Source: an uncultured Methanosarcinales archaeon (GTDB lineage Archaea; Nanobdellota; Nanobdellia; Woesearchaeales; GW2011-AR9). From it: a stretch of DNA of 50,372 nt. The position numbers and the translations under genes were made by a program. The notes under the pieces were generated by a model. It did no database searches, had not been told where the DNA came from, and was given only the letters and a program-made list of their open reading frames with translations. Positions 35,401 to 40,979 of the stretch are shown piece after piece. The DNA lies in the NCBI GenBank assembly GCA_964360675.1, contig CAYHXT010000002.1, positions 1 through 50,372 of the forward strand, in the 5' to 3' direction. The stretch's first letter is position 1. Every line of letters starts with the position of its first letter.

Positions 35401-37561
35401 TATTAATAAGCCCGTTCGCCCTTCATTAGATGAATTAGCAGACCTTTGCTTTAAAAATCAAGGAATAAGGCTGCCTATCTGCGGAAGTAATAGAGATATT
35501 AAACAATTAATTGAAGAGAAGTATCCGGGCTGGGGTGTTTCTGAAGCAGTCGAACCATGCGCCGTCGCCGGCAAGGCCATTTTCGGATTGGCTCCATGTC
35601 TTAGCTCTTCCAGGAATATTATCGATTTAGATGAAGCTGAACCTATCCCTCTCGAAAGAATAATCTCCACAGAGAGAATTTCAGGGATTAAAGCAACACT
35701 TACCGATCCAACCAGTTTGATGGTGCCCGGAGAAGATGATTGGAACGATATGGTAACTATTATTAAAAAACATGAAAAAGAAACAGCTTTGTCGGAGTCA
35801 GACTTAGAAGAATTAATAGAAAATTCTGGCGGGTACATTGGTCGCGGTGCAGAAGGCGTAGTTCTTGCCGTTCCTGAAGAGGTAAGAGTTGCGCTGGGAA
35901 TCAACAAGCCGGCAGTGATAAAAATTAGAAATTATATTAAACCTACGGTCGAGGATGTTGCTAACACTTTCCCTGAGCAGGCAGAACTTCTAAACAGCAT
36001 GGCCGGCAAGGGGGTGGCGCCGGAAGTGTACAAGTCGGGAGAAAATTATTACATTGACGAGAAGTTGGAAGGCGAAACCATTCGAAACTTGATGTATAAG
36101 TCTTTAAGCCCAGAGCAGCTGAAAGCATACAAGCTAGCAAAGGATGATAAAGAAAAAAAACTTATACTTGCAACTGCTCTTTCACCAGAACAAAAAGCGC
36201 AGTTAAATATATTGCTGGATGAGCTTACCGATACCTTAGCTGAATCCGGAGTTGCCATTGATGATTTCCATGGGGGGAATGTAATGCTGGTGCAGACTCC
36301 AGAAGGGACTAAAGCAAAAGTTGTGGATTTGGGATATGCATATACCGACGATTCAGAAACTTTAAGAACGCTGTACGACATCAAGAAAAGAAAACTGATG
36401 GCTGCCGGGGGCTATGAAGCTGATGCAGAAAAACTTATAAAAATCAGGGTAACCCAAAGGCGCGCGGCAGAGAATACTATCGATTTCTCCAGCGATTTCC
36501 CTCTAGAAACGGAAGCTTTAGAAATTGCTGAGGTCAGGCAATTAAAAAGCGCATTACGGGCTATCAGTGTAGAAAATGAAAAAGTATTTTCATACATTGT
36601 CAGCGCTGGTGAAGGGCAGCGGGTGCGAAGGATATACGAGGCCAATTTAGATCCGCTTGGAGTAGCGCTGAAGCTTGACGCTGAAGGAGTATCTCATTCA
36701 GGGGAAGGAATTTTTGAATACCGTGGAAATAAATTTATCCGCGATCAGGAAGCCGGATGGGTAGAGAAGAGAAGGTTCTGGTTTGATAAAAAAGCTGATG
36801 CAGACACCGCCGAGCTGCTGGATGCTGAAAAATCAAGGCTGCTGGAAGAAGGGTTGTTTCCACTTCCTGAAGTTCGACTGGGATCCTGTCCCCGTGCAGG
36901 CGGCGCGATAGTCGGCGGCGCAGGACAAGTTCCCTGCATACCTTTTGGTTTATCCTTGGAAGAGGTAGTGATGAGATTGCCTCCTGCTGAACTTCCAAGG
37001 CCGCAAGTTGTTTCAAAAGTTGCCGGATATGATAATACGGTAAGTAATCTTTACGATAGCATAACTACTGAAAACGTTGAAGAAATCTTCCAAAATAAGC
37101 TGGAGCATCTTGGTACAGAAATCTACGGGGGAAAAGCGATTGCTTATATCCATGACGACGGAAGGGTGCAGGTAGTGTTCCTTACAGAAACGGAAAAGAC
37201 GCACCACCGCCAAGCTTTGGGAACGATTATCGGCGGGGAGAAAGGAAAATTAGTCTACGAAGGGCAATACGATAACTATTTGATTGGTGATCTAACTGAA
37301 AGGTCTTTCGGCTTTTCATTTCAATACGATAAATCTACTGGTAAAATAATCGGCATCCAGGCAAGTTCGCAGATATCTAATCTTCAAAAAAGCAAGGGCG
37401 CAACCGGATGGACGCTTCCTGAACCGGTGATTAGTTTTGTCGAACAGGAGATGCTGGAAAGGATAGATCTAGATTTAATCGACGAATTTTTAGTTGACAG
37501 CCCCATCAATGAATGGATCGACAAAAACAGACTGCCGGTTGCGGCTGCCGAAGCAAATTAG
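23417..37561 (+). CDS. giant secreted mosaic protein (4,714 aa)
   Basis: A single uninterrupted frame of 14,145 nt. Signal-like N-terminus (FLASFFIYLMVFSPFSIGQG). A beta-rich region is followed by about 1,000 aa that are A/E/K/Q-rich and coiled-coil-like. Two protein-kinase-like domains, an HExxH module, eight repeats of about 50 aa and five Cys-bracketed G/A loops are present. All antisense ORFs inside are short and low-complexity. Confidence 0.85.
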   Translation: MNNMKKKIDSAKIKRFLASFFIYLMVFSPFSIGQGESGAAVNQETNLPTEFPAENIQDVFENNPTPENFNKLPNPTAADLELVQNPTPENFNHLDSSEQGTYLSNEDNFRQDFAGEYYSDPANWGANPEADKILFAGTRFRDLLKAGTSQVSAAEQYFSDNFGAPYTLAIVADDFIFDQENRILKNGKTNLKLDDYTGDSTITEIKATADGFEISRKAEENEQVISVSGEEEKSVSYDSEKGTFAFQLPEGKPHTFNVPAAAKVKFAFDKDKITITGPASGIFESANDYVQFDNHAGILVINDNGNIEAENAEVITSLLYMDGRFVKTGSQIKAWDVGSGGKQTIVVDKNSCPVEGGCIGVSTLGQWDERLLAPKDKNRAGTLEINLDEIDSSSSFYVPSGEPQTNEQKTEQLRQQATELRKPREPPLSGKDAHVWIHKNQQSGEITVTSKGVVEVGLYDARGDAASPVKDDFRYKGVNGLSELDMQFGPRTQTNVRGQAELKNSEFRGGILTNQDGAVFKITNDNFGLTQNDIFRADCFDCQQGEAIVIQKSIAIAQKTSLAGIFSESKTENVKLVITVDENGRTSFKPDLTDLGYLASQVPKDNAQVSMGRNFFMSVPCGNFECNFKLTTDPRTGDPGAAYEIVDPLNPAQPLQRIDYPLTAGKMLGGEIIVVSQENVDNVNKLADLIESGNFNQLSELEFDENDPQYSALRKKILLETGINLDEISDPKYVSEINEIVTTAKRSRDNFRSLGIEVDANGNPLTLKDQQRMREILSKNGGAEFDLLTRAQLDLARTRIKEVAAQLSACQGDVYCSVKMDDLKKAQADAGKIQKQREGAYERWQAAERKAQLEKQINEARERQKSPDKGIDDIDKRESIDIGNKIVAANKQRTDLQRRVESSRENFVNFRDELRKNIEAELSTAQKIGIDWDKFRYDTDYVAAVLRDFRLTDAEFKVGFEDVKFYYDQYNQFTEESNSLDQNLKDWNSQQEALITKYRWEGKDDAAAEIALLSKQYGEANEIIQASPLLPPEVRINLGARAQQQITEESLNQVSILYNYGYGDQAGQMLLSLENAAPEIKESVEYQKAVKSQLKFAQGVVEEKIREEEQLRYREMMKRFDEKFSASVRFSKALKNINFNPSFEEYEEGVFGKQILEVIGSGFSATFQSSEEVGAEILGGLANRETLRTTTAKLDEQAAAEHNRQIENLYEIRNYLKAYDVRGSSAIQAFADAQSGISGEQVLISDDPTAAYLQFQLTGEVFSAEDKERLARMDNPLDRLAFTTQKEEEYSDTIKELEFNKLARDAENAIMFNRGKMAGEPEAKMREAISVCPECSGAENFQQRVNQLDESVTKEIFGETFGGAFEWAGVTYTQRTEEEFRDMAIASLDATILFDIAEIGLAPLAIIDAVNKVKFLKNAVKLKSFSKARYVERLEEAFGTAADVAIYASRESRAALDAAKAAQRSANTADAIVEARKSVDFTQRAIEAEVEAGLAAKKYTEVLRAGNPSDFDLEALILRNRGVNNIYDETKILNQAQRELDAAKKIGDVAAEQKALAAISQSQDTLQQAKAQINYYDNLLQASKIAGPEKGKIRQLWDNTFGQTIGVRNGLKFGSAGEEVIAAEKNFRVAAQIFNEAKINARLIGDTAEAAVSRARLARAEDTLLKAADEVDTAYLIRKGEIGRSVIKSRLQQARAASLSAKSDELLAAIDSEGITKLDNLLYNPVLRLVPDGAGLRFAVSEDASPALKQSAMEGNELLAKADEATLAEGAITSSARAEGEVELVLLEGLADSEFAIANEVKSKRIQAATGEFVLEEAPQRKIINNELVEPCNLAAAAIYGLAIPCVEPKGVTKTAEVPETPLSEESTRLAEEVAVVERATIPPPDIATLQKPTKEGLEHLIGEAKIGFKKYNAGRRQLGLEPDKSLDEFVKDYVGRDLQDAGIDAGLPDDLVGIGISKTGDEKVDAIIDVLEGRTSGELDAEELRKLEIAESLKIGQGAEGIVYALPDGSVIKVKNTDSAISMPFREQARRLNALCEKGLAPCVSRSGEYFYQSERARYNSVQDAVLERLSEEGRREYLEVYDLRRADRITEDNYIELRAAVIQRARDEGRLNDLELAADDFFNSLKESNLEILDPSWKNLHCANEECTKFLTIDVGFSVTGERSKILLEGVAENYKNNLLNGKGQIIGGERGQELIDEAAEILRRERDAGKGAPAAGEAGQIRPLTEAEIQDPQELEAWNEIAAAARFSEERLSLEQVNRLEDNRLSIPEDDFYAITFDVPKSARQSLGFDVGAVIKVQSDTPPQGVALVTDEADILSDLSEVAVPVLLRDDRYYVVQKFEGLRLDEMSADLRAKIRPQIESFREALVAKGYEMDNYGGLVYDSLKRELRLINPRVVKKSSLPPDELRDLHNQKIDDILNRGVVTPEEKAEALAEARRILEEEGAFARPPVENVVVPQEAAATDLGSANAGQNVKIRSREDLYEGSLLSKEGDNIIIETTEPRGGIFGAILPDRKIQQQIPLEDVIIYGEQVHIRSVSKRGVNRQELIGDVYVGNYLGENNAYLYLSVNGKPTRIHKANLDLGSLDKAIVSDPASEFILNQQKILDQVNRVPIVDGRQVLIVHVDPNSLRIQGVGAVPSEVSGNSVPVRMVIDAETGRIADVVGEERIAKQYRGALVNKPLYEELSIVRRDIVNGCAIAGSAIHGLALPCADVAVGRLEAEVPVPVESGVGITGPTLDPELRKWKEGVSGNNLENIVERGKTLSPGQEFQVGEDIGFSFITKDGEAVEAVERLKYGPSGFTIEVRRADNNEYIASHDYQLIMGGDRLGVESTYVVEKYQEAGINQRIFQQMSEIHSNVPEVEASLGYDNRLIYGNFIINNPDATALDALKQTPAHKIRERTGWEVDLEKSNLPNSIVYKRAEVAPEISPIRESIPPEVSGVMIVSQKGELSQIDDVGIKELPVINLEEELIPEEVITVNNVIAESDGIVVRSNNNLYFISDEGIYPVGMDKEYSFRPKKAGGQVSLPPEQESALKTIYGQVKLNQRDAQVLNQQDKFGLLLIEAAKDKKIQIQTGSGALDHLMINSHGSHDNYLKELDRVIENNDNLKYLHEQFRQQGIEPLTTVKNPYPDERLDIAATYNPRYEAVDGSFVEGSFTYRIFATEEELLDYTRRITGREIEDVEEAKKLIAESQVKGVAGHEAAHHAFYRMLDEEERIFFTDYVWSTDDEALVKAREFIGSRPVYAKTSEISEELYQSIIANEVFAYRLDFNMQGIGLHSDLNVLPSERELAIFEQFEVLPPKEKRIPALVNNIALQPPQSFADITAEGQWFRARLNDGTSVEGRFSRIEGDEIVFTRYERREGLLSWFLDDKIEPGTRISRNDFEPSSLIVGGRTNVRFSTSKGTFYGRYSGDSPDGIKILDSSGNEIIVPRKGLIKDSVVAQGEVIEIKAVDNVAAYNGRYLAETDTEIYLDVDGKVTKLSKNNLDLTTLQKKEFAEELGVPPVSAEAGVGLGEQILDVLPADFKRETSAVYKSEGLFELNGKIYRRGSEGNWKQKREGFWSFLGDKDISDEEYFDVAEELNIAESNAFPQKTAAKVPSETYSAPEVFTGGQMVPDKEIAEFFDNADINCPTGGALVGQAAAGPCNFEISTGRKRLSNLKEGDEVRLVSLRGNHYYGEFIFADENTLLLRLPDSTQNQIRLDRIDLNSLVSQDNFVRIIRTDGTSAFGKYAGEGEEYIRLIDANRNIILLDKNNLRYDSLVSAGDEIEMTSLRGSSIKGVFSSESETHIFYLDENGFPRKAGKDQLADVKRIIYEPLAADEISSDFIIDNQQLFAKNPSYALGLDEPASEPIAYKKIMFSDGIRREVHYSLNDLKIAEDVGLIYENVPPARLKRGQGYTYVVLNDGSLVFGEVHDGLEFGVKHLHLANGKPVKAAGEIFIDESGRYLFNLESGSFTLVLRREYRVSEGLLREQMHDVFYRYFGQDGNYIKAVINKPVRPSLDELADLCFKNQGIRLPICGSNRDIKQLIEEKYPGWGVSEAVEPCAVAGKAIFGLAPCLSSSRNIIDLDEAEPIPLERIISTERISGIKATLTDPTSLMVPGEDDWNDMVTIIKKHEKETALSESDLEELIENSGGYIGRGAEGVVLAVPEEVRVALGINKPAVIKIRNYIKPTVEDVANTFPEQAELLNSMAGKGVAPEVYKSGENYYIDEKLEGETIRNLMYKSLSPEQLKAYKLAKDDKEKKLILATALSPEQKAQLNILLDELTDTLAESGVAIDDFHGGNVMLVQTPEGTKAKVVDLGYAYTDDSETLRTLYDIKKRKLMAAGGYEADAEKLIKIRVTQRRAAENTIDFSSDFPLETEALEIAEVRQLKSALRAISVENEKVFSYIVSAGEGQRVRRIYEANLDPLGVALKLDAEGVSHSGEGIFEYRGNKFIRDQEAGWVEKRRFWFDKKADADTAELLDAEKSRLLEEGLFPLPEVRLGSCPRAGGAIVGGAGQVPCIPFGLSLEEVVMRLPPAELPRPQVVSKVAGYDNTVSNLYDSITTENVEEIFQNKLEHLGTEIYGGKAIAYIHDDGRVQVVFLTETEKTHHRQALGTIIGGEKGKLVYEGQYDNYLIGDLTERSFGFSFQYDKSTGKIIGIQASSQISNLQKSKGATGWTLPEPVISFVEQEMLERIDLDLIDEFLVDSPINEWIDKNRLPVAAAEAN
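29370..29990 (+). other. protein-kinase-like domain 1 inside the giant ORF
   Basis: Glycine loop IGQGAEG (29402-29422), VIKVK lysine (29456-29458), catalytic-loop-like DPSWKN (about 29822-29839) and Mg-binding-like IDVG (about 29878-29889). Confidence 0.55.
33020..33034 (+). other. HExxH zinc-metallopeptidase motif inside the giant ORF
   Basis: GVAGHEAAHHAFY, with H-E-A-A-H at codons 3202-3206. A possible third ligand Glu lies in IANEVFAY about 65 aa downstream. Confidence 0.5.
35790..36420 (+). other. protein-kinase-like domain 2 inside the giant ORF
   Basis: Glycine loop IGRGAEG (35837-35857), VIKIR lysine (35921-35923), DDFHGGN catalytic-loop-like segment (about 36260-36282) and VVDLGYA (about 36321-36341). 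Confidence 0.6.
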
Positions 37562-37609
37562 CAGAATAAGATCCCCCTGGGATAAATCACAGGAATTCGG
37601 GCAGGTAAC

Positions 37610-38233
37610 TTATTTTTTTCCGGACAGTTTCTTCAGATGCAAATATCTGGAATCATCATCAAAAATCATGTACGTCTGCAGCTGATTCCAGTACAAGCCT
37701 ACGCCGCCGGGATTGATTAAATATCTTGAGTGCGGCTTTAAGCTGACCATTCCACCAGCCAGCCCTATTTCGGTGATTTTTCTTTGTTCATCTTCGCAAA
37801 ATAAAGTCGGTTGGTGCGAATGGCCAAAAAAACAAATGTCAATAAAAGCCGGCAATCGTTCAAATACTTCTTTTGCCTGTTCCACGGTCAATATCCGTTC
37901 ATTAAATGGTGCGTGAATCAAGTAATAATTGAAAAAGAAGTGATTTAAAGGCAGGGAAGCCAAGTATTCTAAATTTCCTGGAGTTATTTTAGCAGCTATT
38001 TTATTGCCAGTATTAGTGCTGCCGGCAAGAACCTTTTCTTCGTGATTTCCACGGACAGCCAGGCATCCATTTTTTATCACGGCATCAATGCAGCGGTGGT
38101 CATCATACGATGTCCCGTTCTGTACTATGTCTCCTAAACAAAAGTATTGGTCAATATCATCTTTTGTTTCAGCAAAGAATCTTTCCAAAGCTTCATAGTT
38201 TCCTTGTACATCTGAAAATATTCCATAGCGCAT
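37610..38233 (-). CDS. calcineurin-like metallophosphoesterase (YfcE/MJ0936-type)
   Basis: Ordered motifs FSDVQGN, LGDIVQNG, RGNHE and FGHSH. 207 aa. Confidence 0.8.
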   Translation of the reverse strand: MRYGIFSDVQGNYEALERFFAETKDDIDQYFCLGDIVQNGTSYDDHRCIDAVIKNGCLAVRGNHEEKVLAGSTNTGNKIAAKITPGNLEYLASLPLNHFFFNYYLIHAPFNERILTVEQAKEVFERLPAFIDICFFGHSHQPTLFCEDEQRKITEIGLAGGMVSLKPHSRYLINPGGVGLYWNQLQTYMIFDDDSRYLHLKKLSGKK

Positions 38234-38378
38234 AGTATATTATAAATTGGGCCTATTTTTAAGATTTACTACCAATTGGTGGCTTCTATGGGTTGAAAAA
38301 ATCGCGAAATGCACCTGGATTCACTTCCCAGTGATAATAACCTAAAGATTTATAAAGGCCGGTTTTTCTTAGTCGACT

Positions 38379-38858
38379 ATGGGAGAAAATCTTTTAGGCA
38401 GATACTGGGGAATTAATTCTGACGGCAGTTCTAACATCGGGCCGGAAGGTATCCGTGCTTATGGCCGATATTCGTTGGTAAAAGAAATCCTCGTAGAAGA
38501 TAAAAAAGGCCTATCACTGCTGGAAGAATTAGTTGATAAAGCAAATAATTATGTGTGTAGTGTTACCACATTTGATGTAGTATCTCCTTCCTTAAGATTT
38601 AGGTTAGAACCTGAAGATTTTAGAAAAAAAATGGAAGAATTAGACCGCAACCGAAGAATCAAGCATGATGCTCTCATTTCGCAATTGACAGCCATGAATA
38701 GGTATCTTTTTAAGAATTACCAAACCAGGAGGTCAGTTCCTGTCGGCGGGGTTTATTCGTTAGCTCCGGAAACCTTAAGTCCGGCTGTTGACCGTGATGC
38801 TGTCGCCAGTTGGGCTGGTTATTTAGTCATTGGAATCTACCAAAACCGAAAAAAATAA
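38379..38858 (+). CDS. hypothetical protein
   Basis: 159-aa ORF with ordinary composition. No motif recognised. Confidence 0.45.
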   Translation: MGENLLGRYWGINSDGSSNIGPEGIRAYGRYSLVKEILVEDKKGLSLLEELVDKANNYVCSVTTFDVVSPSLRFRLEPEDFRKKMEELDRNRRIKHDALISQLTAMNRYLFKNYQTRRSVPVGGVYSLAPETLSPAVDRDAVASWAGYLVIGIYQNRKK

Positions 38859-39133
38859 TTTTTATTAATCTCCTGAAACGCTGAGAATTCCACCATGCTG
38901 AAAAATGCTTCGCGTTTTTGGCACACCAAAATTTACAAGGTAAATTTTCAGTGTTCTAATGGATGGTGGCGGTCGATTTATCTTTTTGACACTACAGTTC
39001 ATTTAACATTTTTTTTAATATCTTTAACCGGCCTTACAACACCGTGAACGCCTTCTTGGTCTTTCCACCGCTGGCGAGGAAACTGCGCACCAAAAAATTA
39101 ATTTTATAAACCCCTGATGTTTCCTTTCTATAC

Positions 39134-40186
39134 ATGAGCGCAAAAAAAGAGGTTTTAGCAGGAACTATTCGTATAAGCAAGGAATTGCAGCCGTATGAAA
39201 AGACCGCTGCTTCATGGAAGAAATCTAAAAAACTTTTCCCTGAAGCGATGCAGGTCGCCTGGTTATTTAAAGAACATAAGAATTTTAAAGTTCTCCTAGA
39301 CACTAAAAATCAGGAATTTCTTAAAGGGCAGCTGTCTCCCAAAGGGGAAGTGCAGGGGGCCAGGATCAACCAGCTGCCGAACGGAAAAATCATTGACAAG
39401 GCTTTTTCGCTGTTTGCCAAAGATTTAATCATCCACGACCAATACTCTGATGACCACTGGGATGTATTGTTTAAGAACAAAGGCGGAACGTATGCTTACT
39501 GCTATACCTTAGAAAAAAAAGAGCAAAACCGCAACCAGAAGTTCAAGAAAGTATGGGAGTTTGATAAAATCTACCGAAAACTTTCCAAAGCCGTATCTTT
39601 AGCGTTAAAAGATGCCGGCGATGGTCTTGCTCTGCCGATGTATACTTTATTGAAAACAAGGATGAGAATCGGCAATGAAATCTATTACCGCACTAACGGG
39701 CATAAAGGCCTGACCACTTTAAAGAAAAGAGATATTACCATCAATGGTGAAAAAGTTAAATTTGAATACATAGGAAAAGACGGGGTCCCCTATCGTGAAG
39801 AGCAAAAATTCTCCAGAACGTATGTCCGCCGGCTGCATAAACAACTCCAGCTGTTGAAACCTAATGATTTTGTATTTTCTTCCAAAAATGGAAAGCCTTT
39901 ACGCGATGAACAATTCAAAAAAGCATTTAAAAGATATTGCGGAAAAGAATTTTACCCGCATATCATACGTTCACACCATGCCACCAGAAGAGTAAAGGAG
40001 TTCTTGAAAAGGAAAAGGACTATCAGCAAGGAAGAGATGAAAACGCTGTTTTTTTCCCTGGCAGCAGATTTAGGGCATAAACGATTCGAAAAAAAAGGGG
40101 GGACTTGGGAAGATAATTATACCGTGACTTTAAACCATTACGTGGAGCCGGCGCTCGTGGAAAGAGTAAAGGCAAAAGTGAGCTGA
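39134..40186 (+). CDS. type IB DNA topoisomerase (small poxvirus/bacterial type)
   Basis: LLKTRMRIGNEIYYRTNGHKGLTTLKKRD matches the R.GN..Y...N...GLTTL block. This is followed by KFEYIGKDG (Lys), HIIRSHHAT (Arg), LGHKR (His) and LNHYVEP (catalytic Tyr), in the canonical order of the TopIB pentad. Confidence 0.75.
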   Translation: MSAKKEVLAGTIRISKELQPYEKTAASWKKSKKLFPEAMQVAWLFKEHKNFKVLLDTKNQEFLKGQLSPKGEVQGARINQLPNGKIIDKAFSLFAKDLIIHDQYSDDHWDVLFKNKGGTYAYCYTLEKKEQNRNQKFKKVWEFDKIYRKLSKAVSLALKDAGDGLALPMYTLLKTRMRIGNEIYYRTNGHKGLTTLKKRDITINGEKVKFEYIGKDGVPYREEQKFSRTYVRRLHKQLQLLKPNDFVFSSKNGKPLRDEQFKKAFKRYCGKEFYPHIIRSHHATRRVKEFLKRKRTISKEEMKTLFFSLAADLGHKRFEKKGGTWEDNYTVTLNHYVEPALVERVKAKVS

Positions 40187-40190
40187 ATCA

Positions 40191-40916
40191 ATGAGAGTAA
40201 TAATCTTTATGATGGTTCTTTCTTTATTTTTGATTTCCTGCGGGCAAAGCGGACAAAACATTCCTGCAGAAACGCAAGACAGCAGCATTAAGGTTGCAAA
40301 TGAATCCGCAGAGACTATCGCCGGAACTGCCTGTACTGCGCACTGGGAATGCTTTGATGACGAATACAAAGTATATCAATTAGAGAACTGCACCAGGACG
40401 CAAACCACTAAATGCGAAAGAGGCTGCGTAAACGGCACCTGTCAAGCGGCTCCGATATGCACCGTCGGATTCAAGTGCATGAATGAAAACAGATACGGCT
40501 ATCAAAGGGAAGATTGTTCTTTCATCAACAAGAAAACCTGCGAAGGGGGATGCGTGAATAATAAATGTCTGGAAAAACCAGCAAATGCATCTAATATTAC
40601 TGGATCCGTTCCCGTTTTACCGGCTAATTCTTATGCGCAGGAAAACCAGGAAGAGAATTCAACTGAAACTCCCAAAACAATCCGCACCATTCAATTAGGC
40701 GAACAGCAGGAAATAGAGATTGACGGGACGAAACACAACATCAGTATTTACAATCTGGAGCCGGAATGGGCGGTGGTGAAAGTTGACGGCGTCAAAAGCA
40801 ATGAATTATCCGCAGGCGAACAGTTCACTTACGCAAACATCGGCGTAACTATCCGGATAGAAGCGATAATGTTCCAAGCATATGGAATAAAGGCAATTGA
40901 TTACAGCGTCAGCTAG
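40191..40916 (+). CDS. secreted lipoprotein with two 6-Cys modules
   Basis: Signal plus lipobox MVLSLFLISCG. Two paralogous modules, CTAHWECFDDEYKVYQLENCTRTQTTKCERGCVNGTCQ and CTVGFKCMNENRYGYQREDCSFINKKTCEGGCVNNKCL. A C-terminal beta-rich domain follows. Confidence 0.65.
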   Translation: MRVIIFMMVLSLFLISCGQSGQNIPAETQDSSIKVANESAETIAGTACTAHWECFDDEYKVYQLENCTRTQTTKCERGCVNGTCQAAPICTVGFKCMNENRYGYQREDCSFINKKTCEGGCVNNKCLEKPANASNITGSVPVLPANSYAQENQEENSTETPKTIRTIQLGEQQEIEIDGTKHNISIYNLEPEWAVVKVDGVKSNELSAGEQFTYANIGVTIRIEAIMFQAYGIKAIDYSVS

Positions 40917-40979
40917 ATTTTTATTCCTTAAAATTGGTTTAATAGCTACATTTTATAAATAAATCATTTCTCAACAGAA

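Noticed and set aside
24131-37213. About 30 minus-strand or off-frame ORFs of 60-180 aa inside the giant gene (for example 31147-31689, 35458-35907, 30565-30939).
   Set aside because: All are nested in one continuous 14-kb sense frame. Their products are Ser/Ala/Pro/Leu-rich and low-complexity, as expected from antisense reading of an E/K/A-rich gene. None has a recognisable motif or start context.
38860-39100. Possible C/D-box sRNA or other ncRNA in the 270-nt gap upstream of the topoisomerase gene (several CTGA boxes, a CCACCAT/ATGGTGG pairing).
   Set aside because: No RUGAUGA-type C box was found on either strand in suitable spacing. The single 7-bp long-range pairing is within chance expectation.
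39034-39303. 89-aa minus-strand ORF overlapping the topoisomerase IB start.
   Set aside because: It overlaps a well-supported gene and its promoter region. It has no motif and an odd Cys/Phe/Ser-rich composition.
39134-40186. Tyrosine-recombinase-type integrase that might mobilise the neighbouring region.
   Set aside because: The R.GN..Y...N...GLTTL block and the K/R/H/Y order match type IB topoisomerases, not the R-H-R-Y box I/II arrangement of integrases. No att-like duplication of the nearby tRNA 3' ends was seen.
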